Notes under the pieces: model-generated
What the model was told of the DNA's origin: nothing
The model's input: only the letters and a program-made list of their open reading frames with translations
The model's database searches: none
NCBI GenBank assembly: GCA_035455145.1
Contig: DATIFR010000134.1
Location: 16,845-80,844 of the forward strand
Source: Nitrospira sp.
GTDB taxonomy: Bacteria > Nitrospirota > Nitrospiria > Nitrospirales > Nitrospiraceae
DNA: 64,000 bases
Direction: 5' to 3'
Program-made: the position numbers and the translations under genes
Shown: positions 19,971 to 28,133 of the stretch, one piece after another
How positions within the stretch are numbered: position 1 is the stretch's first letter
How the letters are laid out: each line of letters starts with the position of its first letter

Positions 19971-20276
19971 CTACTTCTTTTTGTTGCGCTTGGCCGCAGT
20001 CTTTTTACGCGGCGACGATGCGATGTTCTCGGCTGGAGCGAGTCGACCCTGGACATAACCGGCGACGGCTCCCACGGTTGTGAGGCCAGGCAAGTCTTGA
20101 TCCGGAATCTGAAGGTTGAAGGCTTCCTCGATCTTATAGAGCAACTCGATCACTGCCATCGAGTCGAGCCCGAGATCATCCCGCAAGTGGTGTGAAGCCT
20201 TGATTGAGGCGGCATCGCGTTTGAGGTATTCCGCAAGGGCTTGAATTATTCTTCCTAGGATCGCCTGATCAGTCAT
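19971..20276 (-). CDS. acpP: Acyl carrier protein with a basic C-terminal extension
   Basis: DDLGLDSM (phosphopantetheine Ser), IEEAFNLQIPD; tail SPRKKTAAKRNKKK. Confidence 0.88.
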   Translation of the reverse strand: MTDQAILGRIIQALAEYLKRDAASIKASHHLRDDLGLDSMAVIELLYKIEEAFNLQIPDQDLPGLTTVGAVAGYVQGRLAPAENIASSPRKKTAAKRNKKK

Positions 20277-20320
20277 TATCCCGTTTCCTCGTTGCGATGG
20301 GGTCTGTCCGTCCGTAGTCG

Positions 20321-21577
20321 TCAGGCGACATAGCGCTTAAGGACGACAGCAGCATTATTGCTGCCAAATCCGAACGCATTCAGGAGCGCCACTTTGATCT
20401 TGCGCTCTTGAATGGAACGACTGATCCCTTTCAAAGCGCAGGCAGGATCAGGATCATCGTAATTGGCGGTTGGATGGATCTGTCCAGTCTGGATGGCGAG
20501 CACTGACGCAATGCCCCCGATGGCCCCGGCCGCCCCGAGCGTGTGGCCCACCAGCGATTTCGTGGCACTGATGGCAATCTTGTCCGCACGCGATTTGAAC
20601 AGTTGGCGAATAGCCTTGGCCTCGACCGCATCGCCGATCGACGTTGAGGTGGCGTGGGCATTGATGTAATCGACTTGTGCCGGTGTGGCGCCCGCGTCGG
20701 CTAGGGCAAGACGCATCGTCGTCGCTACTTCCTCGCCGTCTTCTCGTGGAATGACCATGTGATAGGCTTCGCTCGTTGCGGCATAGCCAGCCACCTCGGC
20801 ATAGACATGTGCGTGACGTTTCTTGGCGTGCGCGGTAGACTCGAGTATCAGGGCGCCGGCTCCTTCCCCCATCACGAAGCCATCCCGCAGACGATCGAAA
20901 GGCCGCGATGCCTGTTCCGGTCGATCGTTGAATTTCGTGGAAAGCGCCCGGAGCGAACAGAAGCCGGCAAAAACCAGAGGGGTAATGCTAGCGTCGGCCC
21001 CGACCACAATAACTACGTCGGCACGGCCCTCCCGAATACAGTGCAGCCCTTGTCCCACGGCATGCGCGCTGGAGGAGCAGGCGGTTGAAATGGTGAAGTT
21101 CGGTCCCTTTGCCCCGTAGGCCATGGCGACGATGCCGGAGGCAGAGTTCAGCGTAATCACGGGGATGAAATTCGGGTGTACACGGTGGGGGCGTTGCTGC
21201 TGGTAGAGTTGGGTGATCTCTCGTTCACCCATGACCATCCCGCCCATACCAGCGCCGACAATGACTCCGACACGATGCGGGCGCTCCTTAGCCATCTGGA
21301 GTCCGGAATCGACCAGCGCCTCTTTGGCGGCGACAAGGGCAAATTGCGCATAGCGGTCTACTCGTTCGGCTTGGACGCCGTCGATATAACGTTCCGGAGA
21401 GAAGTCATGGATCTGTCCAGCCACCTTGGAGCGGTATCCGTCCATCGAGAAGGGGGCGAAGGTCGTAATGGCAGAAATCCCGGACCGTCCGGCGAGCGCG
21501 GCTTTCCAGAACTCGCTGACCCCGATCCCGATAGGGGAAACCACGCCTAACCCTGTTACGACGACTCGAGCCCGCAT
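20321..21577 (-). CDS. fabF: Beta-ketoacyl-ACP synthase II
   Basis: RVVVTGLG, STACSSS (catalytic Cys), YINAHATST, KSLVGHTLGAAG, LNAFGFG. Confidence 0.92.
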   Translation of the reverse strand: MRARVVVTGLGVVSPIGIGVSEFWKAALAGRSGISAITTFAPFSMDGYRSKVAGQIHDFSPERYIDGVQAERVDRYAQFALVAAKEALVDSGLQMAKERPHRVGVIVGAGMGGMVMGEREITQLYQQQRPHRVHPNFIPVITLNSASGIVAMAYGAKGPNFTISTACSSSAHAVGQGLHCIREGRADVVIVVGADASITPLVFAGFCSLRALSTKFNDRPEQASRPFDRLRDGFVMGEGAGALILESTAHAKKRHAHVYAEVAGYAATSEAYHMVIPREDGEEVATTMRLALADAGATPAQVDYINAHATSTSIGDAVEAKAIRQLFKSRADKIAISATKSLVGHTLGAAGAIGGIASVLAIQTGQIHPTANYDDPDPACALKGISRSIQERKIKVALLNAFGFGSNNAAVVLKRYVA

Positions 21578-21752
21578 CCCGTCTTGTTCTCCAGTAAAGA
21601 CCGCTTTCTTACTTACCGGAAGCGCTGTGATCAGTCAACCAGCCAATACATGGTCGAGGGAAGCGCCTCCGATATTCTCACGTCGACAGACCATAGTTCG
21701 GTCATGCGCAATTGACCTGTGAGAGAGAGAATCTGGGGTCAATGACCATGGA

Positions 21753-22844
21753 TCAGTAGCGAACTTTGAGCATCAGATAGAGAGCATAGCTGAGGAAGAG
21801 GGTGTTCGTGGTCCATCCGGCGACCATCGGAGGGAGTGCCCCGCCGCGGCCGAAGGCGATTGCAATAGAATGCGCAGCCCAATAGAAGAAGCCGACCATG
21901 AGTGCCTGGCCAATGCCGATGGCCATGCTGCCGCCTCTTGTTCCGCTTCGCCGAAGACTGAGAGCGATTCCGACCAGTACCATGATAACGGTGACAAAAG
22001 GAAACGCGATGCGTCCATAATAATCAGTCAGCAGCCGTCTGAATTGTGAGCCGTTCTGGTACAAGCGGCTGGTGTAGCTGAGAATGTCACGAAAGGTCAT
22101 GGACTCGGATTCCCCTGCGAACGCTCCGACAAAGTCGTCGGGAAGCAGGGTCAGGGGAATCGATTGTTGTTCGAAATGCTTGAGTGTCACGGTGCCATCC
22201 GGATTGAAGCGCCGGTGGAAACCCCGATACAACGTCCAGGCGTGATCGGCAAACCGTGCTTCTTCGGCTTCGGCCATCTCGATCATGTGAAACGCGTGGT
22301 CGAAACGGAAGAGTTGCACCCCGCCGAGCGTGCTTCCCCCAATGGCCGCGCTGCTCACATGCAACAAGGTGTCAGCGTCCACCCTGGCCCAGGGCTGGGA
22401 CAATTTCAGCGCAGTGGACGGGGGTTTTTTCTCAATGCGAACGACACGGATCTCTTCAGCCTCGTTCGAGGCCAAAGGAATGACGATCGAGCTAAACAGC
22501 AGGAGCACCAGGGTGATACAGGCAGCGAAGGCCAGAAAGGGAGACGTAATCCAGGGCAGACTGATCCCGCAACTTCGCATGGCGGTGATCTCATGATTGC
22601 GAGAGAGTAAGCCGAGAGTCAGCAGAGTGGCCATCAGGATGGCGAGGGGGGCGATCTGAAAGGCAATGCCCGGCATTTTCAGCACAAAGTAAATGAGGAT
22701 GTCGAGCCACTCGGCATCGTGGCGGAGGAATCGCCGTACCCTCTCGAAAAATTCGATGACGAGGTAAATCGTCATCAATCCCGCAAAACACATGAAAAAG
22801 ATCTTGGCGTATTCGCGAAGCAGGTAGCGAAACAGGATCGGCAT
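21753..22844 (-). CDS. lptG: LPS export ABC permease LptG
   Basis: YjgP/YjgQ family signature (EITAMRSCGIS), 6-TM pattern, downstream of lptF. Confidence 0.88.
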   Translation of the reverse strand: MPILFRYLLREYAKIFFMCFAGLMTIYLVIEFFERVRRFLRHDAEWLDILIYFVLKMPGIAFQIAPLAILMATLLTLGLLSRNHEITAMRSCGISLPWITSPFLAFAACITLVLLLFSSIVIPLASNEAEEIRVVRIEKKPPSTALKLSQPWARVDADTLLHVSSAAIGGSTLGGVQLFRFDHAFHMIEMAEAEEARFADHAWTLYRGFHRRFNPDGTVTLKHFEQQSIPLTLLPDDFVGAFAGESESMTFRDILSYTSRLYQNGSQFRRLLTDYYGRIAFPFVTVIMVLVGIALSLRRSGTRGGSMAIGIGQALMVGFFYWAAHSIAIAFGRGGALPPMVAGWTTNTLFLSYALYLMLKVRY

Positions 22845-22848
22845 GATG

Positions 22849-23940
22849 CTATTGTCGGCTCATGTTGTAAAACCACACCAGCGTGACGATGGCAAACATG
22901 CCATTCGGGACCCAGGCTCCGGCAAACGGAGAGATCATCATGGTCGTCACCAGAAATTCGCAGGCAACGTTGAAGACGTAATAGATGATCACGACGAGCA
23001 CCCCGACGGCAAATCCGCCGATTCTCCCCGAGCGCTTCGAGACAATGCCTATGGGAACGCCGAGGATACAGAAAATCAAGGATGCAGTCGGAAATGCCAG
23101 ATCCTTATAGTACTCCATCAGCCGGCGGCGCGCGCCAGGATCACGCCACTGTGACTGGTTAAGTTGTGCCATCAAGGCGTCGTATGTGGGCCGTTCATCG
23201 GCAGCGGCATACCCGCTTTGATTGAGCGAGAGCCTGAGGTCGTAGCTGGAAAAGGAGGCGAATTGATACTGGTCGATTGCATCGGGGCGGCTGTGGATCA
23301 CGCCATCCTGCAGCCGCAAGGCCACTTGATCGGTCGAGCTATCCATCAGCACTTGGTAGTGCTGTGCCACGATGATGCGGGGATCGTCGGGGTTTCGTTC
23401 ATCAGAGATAAAAATGCCCGCGGCGGACGCCTCCGTACCCTCGTCGGAGACGTAAATCATCATTTTAGGAATCGGCTCAGTGAAGGAACCCCGTTCCAGG
23501 GCCAACACTAACTGATCACGAAGTAAATTGAGAGCCACTCTCTTGAGATTGGTCGAAGTCCAGGGTTGACCATATTGAGCCAGCCATAGCGTCAGTGCGA
23601 AAACCAGCAGGGCAAAGAGGAAGACTGGACGTCCGAGGCGGAACAAACTGAGGCCCGCGGCGCGCATGGCCACAAGTTCCTTGTCGAGAGACAAGCGACC
23701 GAACGCGGTGATCGACGCGATGATCCCGGCGATCGGAAGGGTTAAGACCAGAAATGAAGGGAGGAGATGGACAAAGACTTTCATGACGGCAAAGATCCCG
23801 ACGCCTTTGGAAACAAGCAGTTCCACCAATCGCAGGAGCTCTCTGGTCAACATCACGAAACAGAGAGCGCCTAGGCTAATGCTGAAAGGGGAGAGCAGTT
23901 CGGTAAAGATGTAGCGATCCAGCAGCTTACGGAGCAGCAT
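22849..23940 (-). CDS. lptF: LPS export ABC permease LptF
   Basis: LDRYIF, FGRLSLDKELVAMRAAGLS, YjgP/YjgQ family. Confidence 0.88.
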   Translation of the reverse strand: MLLRKLLDRYIFTELLSPFSISLGALCFVMLTRELLRLVELLVSKGVGIFAVMKVFVHLLPSFLVLTLPIAGIIASITAFGRLSLDKELVAMRAAGLSLFRLGRPVFLFALLVFALTLWLAQYGQPWTSTNLKRVALNLLRDQLVLALERGSFTEPIPKMMIYVSDEGTEASAAGIFISDERNPDDPRIIVAQHYQVLMDSSTDQVALRLQDGVIHSRPDAIDQYQFASFSSYDLRLSLNQSGYAAADERPTYDALMAQLNQSQWRDPGARRRLMEYYKDLAFPTASLIFCILGVPIGIVSKRSGRIGGFAVGVLVVIIYYVFNVACEFLVTTMMISPFAGAWVPNGMFAIVTLVWFYNMSRQ

Positions 23941-24215
23941 GAGGGGCTGTGTTCTCCTGGTTTAGCGCGGCAATATAGCAGGATGGTGAAAAAGTCCGCC
24001 AGCGTCGGTCCCCGCATTGTCCAACAGCACAGGGTGCGCAGCGGGTATATCGATTGCACCGCTGCACCAGCTGCAGCTGACGCCTCTCCTATCAGGCTCC
24101 GTGGTCCATTGTCCGTGCCTGTTTCAATTCGACCGACGATCGATCCGTAACCTTATAGGGGACTGTTCCGGACTTGTCTATAAGTTGATGAATCGTCCGG
24201 ACGCCAAAGTATGGC

Positions 24216-24245
24216 TTGACAAGATTTGAAATCCCATGGTACATG
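24216..24245 (+). promoter_or_regulatory. Possible sigma70 promoter of the csp gene (implies a 5' UTR of about 170 nt)
   Basis: Perfect TTGACA, 18-bp spacer, weak TG-n-TACATG -10. Confidence 0.35.
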
Positions 24246-24424
24246 CTGCGCGATTTGTAACCAAGATGGGTTTCGTGAGCACTTCTTTTTTTCTGCAAAG
24301 AGCCCGCCCATCCGCTCCTGGTCCTCGTTCTATTTTTATTCCTTCTTCATGCAATCGGTGTGCGTCAACTGGGTTGGGCCCGGTCACGTAACGGTGCGTG
24401 ATCGTTGAGGAAAGGAGGGGTTTC

Positions 24425-24643
24425 GTGAAGACAAAAGGTACGGTGAAGTGGTTCAACGATCGGAAGGGATTCGGGTTTATTCGACTGGATAGCGGGGAGG
24501 ATGTCTTCGTACATTACTCTGCGCTTCAAGGCGAAGGATTCAAGTCCTTGAAGGAGGGAGAAAACGTCGAATTCGATATCGTTCAGGGGGCGAAGGGGCC
24601 ACAGGCCGCCAATGTCATGAAGATGTCGATCGCCGCCTCGTAA
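24425..24643 (+). CDS. csp: Cold-shock protein (CspA family)
   Basis: [28 protein letters not shown]; GTG start after AAAGGAGG. Confidence 0.95.
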   Translation: MKTKGTVKWFNDRKGFGFIRLDSGEDVFVHYSALQGEGFKSLKEGENVEFDIVQGAKGPQAANVMKMSIAAS

Positions 24644-24671
24644 CTCCTTCACCGCTCTTGATCAGTGCAGA

Positions 24672-24710
24672 ACGAAGGCCTGCCGCAGGAAGCGGCAGGC
24701 CTTCGTGTTT
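24672..24710 (+). terminator. Intrinsic terminator after csp
   Basis: 15-bp stem ACGAAGGCCTGCCGC / GCGGCAGGCCTTCGT followed by GTTT. Confidence 0.85.
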
Positions 24711-24757
24711 CTAGCGATCGTCATGCCGTGAGTCGACCACGACGATTGGCCATTTCG

Positions 24758-24786
24758 TTGACAAAAACCATTGATACTGTTAGCGT
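24758..24786 (+). promoter_or_regulatory. Sigma70 promoter of the TPR gene
   Basis: TTGACA, 17 bp, then TAGCGT with an extended -10 TG; GGAGG RBS and TTG start at 24810 follow. Confidence 0.65.
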
Positions 24787-24809
24787 TTGTTGAACATTGG
24801 AGGTCCGCC

Positions 24810-27011
24810 TTGGGCATCGACCGTAGTAAGGTTCTGCACAGCGCCCAGCTCTTTGCCTCAAAGGGTCAATTCGACGCCGCAATCAGTGAATGGAAGAAAC
24901 TTTCGGCTGAGTCTCCCGCCGATGGGAGTATTCACAATTCAATCGGCGAACTGCATCTAAAGCGCAATGCCACCGTGGATGCGGTGAACTCGTTCATTCA
25001 AGCCGCCAATGCCTTCCGTGCCGAGGGGGCGACCCTCAAGGCCATTGCCACCTACAAGAAAGTATTGAAACTCGAACCTTCCCGCTACGATATGTATCGG
25101 CACCTGGGTGATTTGAATGCCGAGCGGGGGCTGCTGAGCAGCGCCGTTCAGGATTACCTGACGCTGGGCAAACATTATCTCAAAGAGCGCAAGACCAAAG
25201 AAGCGCTGGAAATCTACAAACGGATCGTCAGTCAAGACCCATCCAATCTCGATGCGCAGCAGCGCGTGGCCGAACTGTGTCTGCAGGAAAACATGCAGGA
25301 CGAGGCGACCAAAGTCTATCTCCAGCTCGGCCGCGAGCGGTCAGCCCAACAGCGGTATAGCGAGGCGAAAGAGGCCTACCAATCCGTCTTGCGTATCGAT
25401 CCGAATAACAGCGAAGCCCAACAATTCATCGAACACTTCGAAAAAACCGGCGGGGCGCCGGCACGACCTGCCAGGTCAAGCGCCAGCGCCGGAGTCGGTG
25501 CCGGGGAATCGCCGGATTTGCTGGCCGAGGCCAGCCGGCGAATTGAGGACAAGCAGTATGCCGGCGCCGAGGCCATTCTCAATCAATTGTTGACCAAGGA
25601 GCCAGGCAATCCCCAGGTGTGCCAATTGCTGGCGCGATTACATCTGCAACAGGGCCAACTTCAAGTCGCCTTGGGAGAATATCGTTTCCTGGCCGGAGCG
25701 GCCTTGCGGGCGCAGGACTATCAGCAGGCCGAATCGTTAATCGCTGAATTCCTTGCCGTCGAGCCCAACTCCGTCCCGTTGTTGGAGCTGCACGGCGAAC
25801 TCTACGAGGAAAAAGGGGAGATTGAGACGGCTGTTCAGCACTATGGGAAAGCCGTCGAGGTGCTGCTGACCCATCCGGAACCGGGCATGCCGACGCTCCA
25901 CGAAGAAATTTTCGAGAAAATGTGTTCGTTGGCGCCGGACAGCCCAACGGTCAAAAGACTCTCCGGCCTGATGAGCGGAGACACGGCTGCCGTCGAACCG
26001 GCCACTCCGGCACCGGCCCAATCTGCGCCAAAGGCGGAGTTTTCCATCGAAGGCGCGACACCCGACGATGCCTGGAGCAGGACGACGGCCGTCAAGCCGT
26101 TACAGGACCGGCATTCTGTTGAAGCCGGTCTCACGGTAGAGTCGTCTCAGGAGACGCAGGACGACCCCGCAACATTTTCCATCAAAAATGCCGCACCGGA
26201 TGAAGAGTGGAGCACGGTTGCGCAGCCAGCCTGTGCGACAGAACCGGAGAAACCCCCTCTTTCGACGCTGGAACGGTTCAGGGCGTATATGGAAGCAGGA
26301 CAGCTGGTGCAAGCCGAGCAGTGGCTTGGAACTGTGGTGAATGCAGAACCGGACGACGCCGAAGCTCGAGAATTGCTGGGACAGGTGCTTGAGGCGAAGG
26401 GGGATGGAGCCGGTGCAGCCTTGCAATATGCCCGTGCGCTGGAGTTGCGTACGGCCCATTCTGACAGTGCGGATACCAAGCAGCTTTCCGGATTGTACGA
26501 CAAAGTGAAGGAACTGGCTCCAGCCAGTCCGATCGTGGCGAAACTCGCAGGAATGTTTGCGCCGCCGGCACCAGCCGCAGCACCTCCCGCTTCCGAACAG
26601 GCAGCCGATGCACTTGATCCGGAGACGCATTACACGTTAGGGGTTGCCTACAAGAACATGGGGCTCCTCGAAGAGGCAAAAGAGGAATTTGTGTTGTCGA
26701 TGAAAGGCTCGGAAGTGTTCGTGGATTCCTGCCTCATGATGGCGGTCTGTCTCAAAGAACAAGAACAGTTTGAAGCGGCCTGTGCCCAACTCGAGCGGCT
26801 GCTGACCGATCCGCGCAGCCAGGGAGCCAAAGCTCAAGCCATTCGATATGAGTTAGGTCTGCTCTACGAGAAACAGGAGCAATGGCAACTGGCCACGACG
26901 ATGTTTGAAACGATTCCAACTTTCCACGACGTACCGCAACGCCTGTCATCCATTCGCGCAGTGCCTCAATCGCCAGCCGCTTCCGCCAAAGTCTTCCGGT
27001 ACGCGAACTAA
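24810..27011 (+). CDS. Large cytoplasmic TPR protein with an acidic/Pro linker and C-terminal TPRs
   Basis: Repeated TPR-like helices; C-terminal THYTLGVAYKNMGL motif; no signal peptide. Confidence 0.85.
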   Translation: MGIDRSKVLHSAQLFASKGQFDAAISEWKKLSAESPADGSIHNSIGELHLKRNATVDAVNSFIQAANAFRAEGATLKAIATYKKVLKLEPSRYDMYRHLGDLNAERGLLSSAVQDYLTLGKHYLKERKTKEALEIYKRIVSQDPSNLDAQQRVAELCLQENMQDEATKVYLQLGRERSAQQRYSEAKEAYQSVLRIDPNNSEAQQFIEHFEKTGGAPARPARSSASAGVGAGESPDLLAEASRRIEDKQYAGAEAILNQLLTKEPGNPQVCQLLARLHLQQGQLQVALGEYRFLAGAALRAQDYQQAESLIAEFLAVEPNSVPLLELHGELYEEKGEIETAVQHYGKAVEVLLTHPEPGMPTLHEEIFEKMCSLAPDSPTVKRLSGLMSGDTAAVEPATPAPAQSAPKAEFSIEGATPDDAWSRTTAVKPLQDRHSVEAGLTVESSQETQDDPATFSIKNAAPDEEWSTVAQPACATEPEKPPLSTLERFRAYMEAGQLVQAEQWLGTVVNAEPDDAEARELLGQVLEAKGDGAGAALQYARALELRTAHSDSADTKQLSGLYDKVKELAPASPIVAKLAGMFAPPAPAAAPPASEQAADALDPETHYTLGVAYKNMGLLEEAKEEFVLSMKGSEVFVDSCLMMAVCLKEQEQFEAACAQLERLLTDPRSQGAKAQAIRYELGLLYEKQEQWQLATTMFETIPTFHDVPQRLSSIRAVPQSPAASAKVFRYAN

Positions 27012-27991
27012 GCATTCACGTCCACTCGATTGGGTGCGAGGCGTCCGCCGAGCACCGCCTCGATGTTGTTGAGACAGATCATGCCCATCTCAACTCTTGC
27101 CGCCATCGTTGCTGATCCTAAGTGGGGGAGCAACACGACATGCGGTAACGATACCAACTCCGGATGCAGTGCCGGCTCCTTTTCATAGACGTCGAGTCCC
27201 GCTCCTGCGATGCTGCCATTCCGTAACGCCGCTACGAGCGCGCCTTCATCGATAGTCGCGCCGCGAGCCGTGTTGATGACAATTGCACTCCGACGCATCT
27301 GCGCCAGTTCTCGCATGCCGATGAGGTGGTGGGTATCCGCCGTCAAGGGCACGTGGATCGAGACGAAGTCGGATGCGCTGAGCAGTTCCGGGAGTGTTCT
27401 GCGTTCCCACGAGGCGGAAGCGGGCGGAGGGACTGCAGGCCGTCTCGCATGGTAGAGCACCTTCATGCGAAAGCCTGCCGCCCGTTGAGCGACGGCCTGA
27501 CCGATCCGTCCCATCCCGATAATGCCCAACGTTTTACCGGCAACGGCCGCCCCCAATAATTGAGTCGGCGCCCAGCCGGTCCATTGGCCGCTTCGCACAA
27601 GACGATCGCCTTCGACCACGCGTCGTGCCGTGGCAAGGATCAAAGCCCAGGTCAGATCGGCCGTCGCATCGGTCAACACGTCAGGCGTGTTCGTAACAAT
27701 CAGACCACGTCGGTTCGCAGCAGCCAGATCGATGTTGTTATAGCCGACGGCATAGTTCGCCAGGACTTTGAGTCGTGGAGCGGCGTCGATCGTTTCTGCA
27801 TCAATCCGGTCCGTGAGCGTCACGATTGCGGCGTCTGCCTCCATCATTCCGTCCCGAAGCGCAGGGGCGGTAGCGGGAGCATCGCTCGGTTCCTGCGCGA
27901 GCGTGAACTGTTCGCGGATCATCGCCATGACTGGATCGGGGAGCAGACGCGAGACATAGAGCAGAGGCTTCTGAGCGGTCATGGCATTCAC
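27008..27991 (-). CDS. D-isomer-specific 2-hydroxyacid dehydrogenase (glyoxylate/hydroxypyruvate reductase-like)
   Basis: NYAVGYNNID, TNTPDVLTDATAD, GIIGMGRIG, INTARG, GLDVYEKEP, PHLGSAT. Confidence 0.92.
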   Translation of the reverse strand: MNAMTAQKPLLYVSRLLPDPVMAMIREQFTLAQEPSDAPATAPALRDGMMEADAAIVTLTDRIDAETIDAAPRLKVLANYAVGYNNIDLAAANRRGLIVTNTPDVLTDATADLTWALILATARRVVEGDRLVRSGQWTGWAPTQLLGAAVAGKTLGIIGMGRIGQAVAQRAAGFRMKVLYHARRPAVPPPASASWERRTLPELLSASDFVSIHVPLTADTHHLIGMRELAQMRRSAIVINTARGATIDEGALVAALRNGSIAGAGLDVYEKEPALHPELVSLPHVVLLPHLGSATMAARVEMGMICLNNIEAVLGGRLAPNRVDVNA

Positions 27992-28133
27992 ATCTTAGCG
28001 AGTCGCGTGTCGACCCTCAACCATCACCTTCCTCCCCGTCGCCTGTACCTGTTCGCGATGCAAAGGGAATTCGTCGGGCTCACCTCTTCACCTGCTGGCG
28101 GACATTTTCAACATCCTGTTAGAATGCGCCGCC

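Noticed and set aside
23966-24070. Possible MITE end (GCAGGATGGTGAAAAAGTCCGCCAGC) and hairpin upstream of lptF
   Set aside because: Only one end is present, with no matching inverted repeat or second copy in the window. It cannot be supported from this sequence alone.
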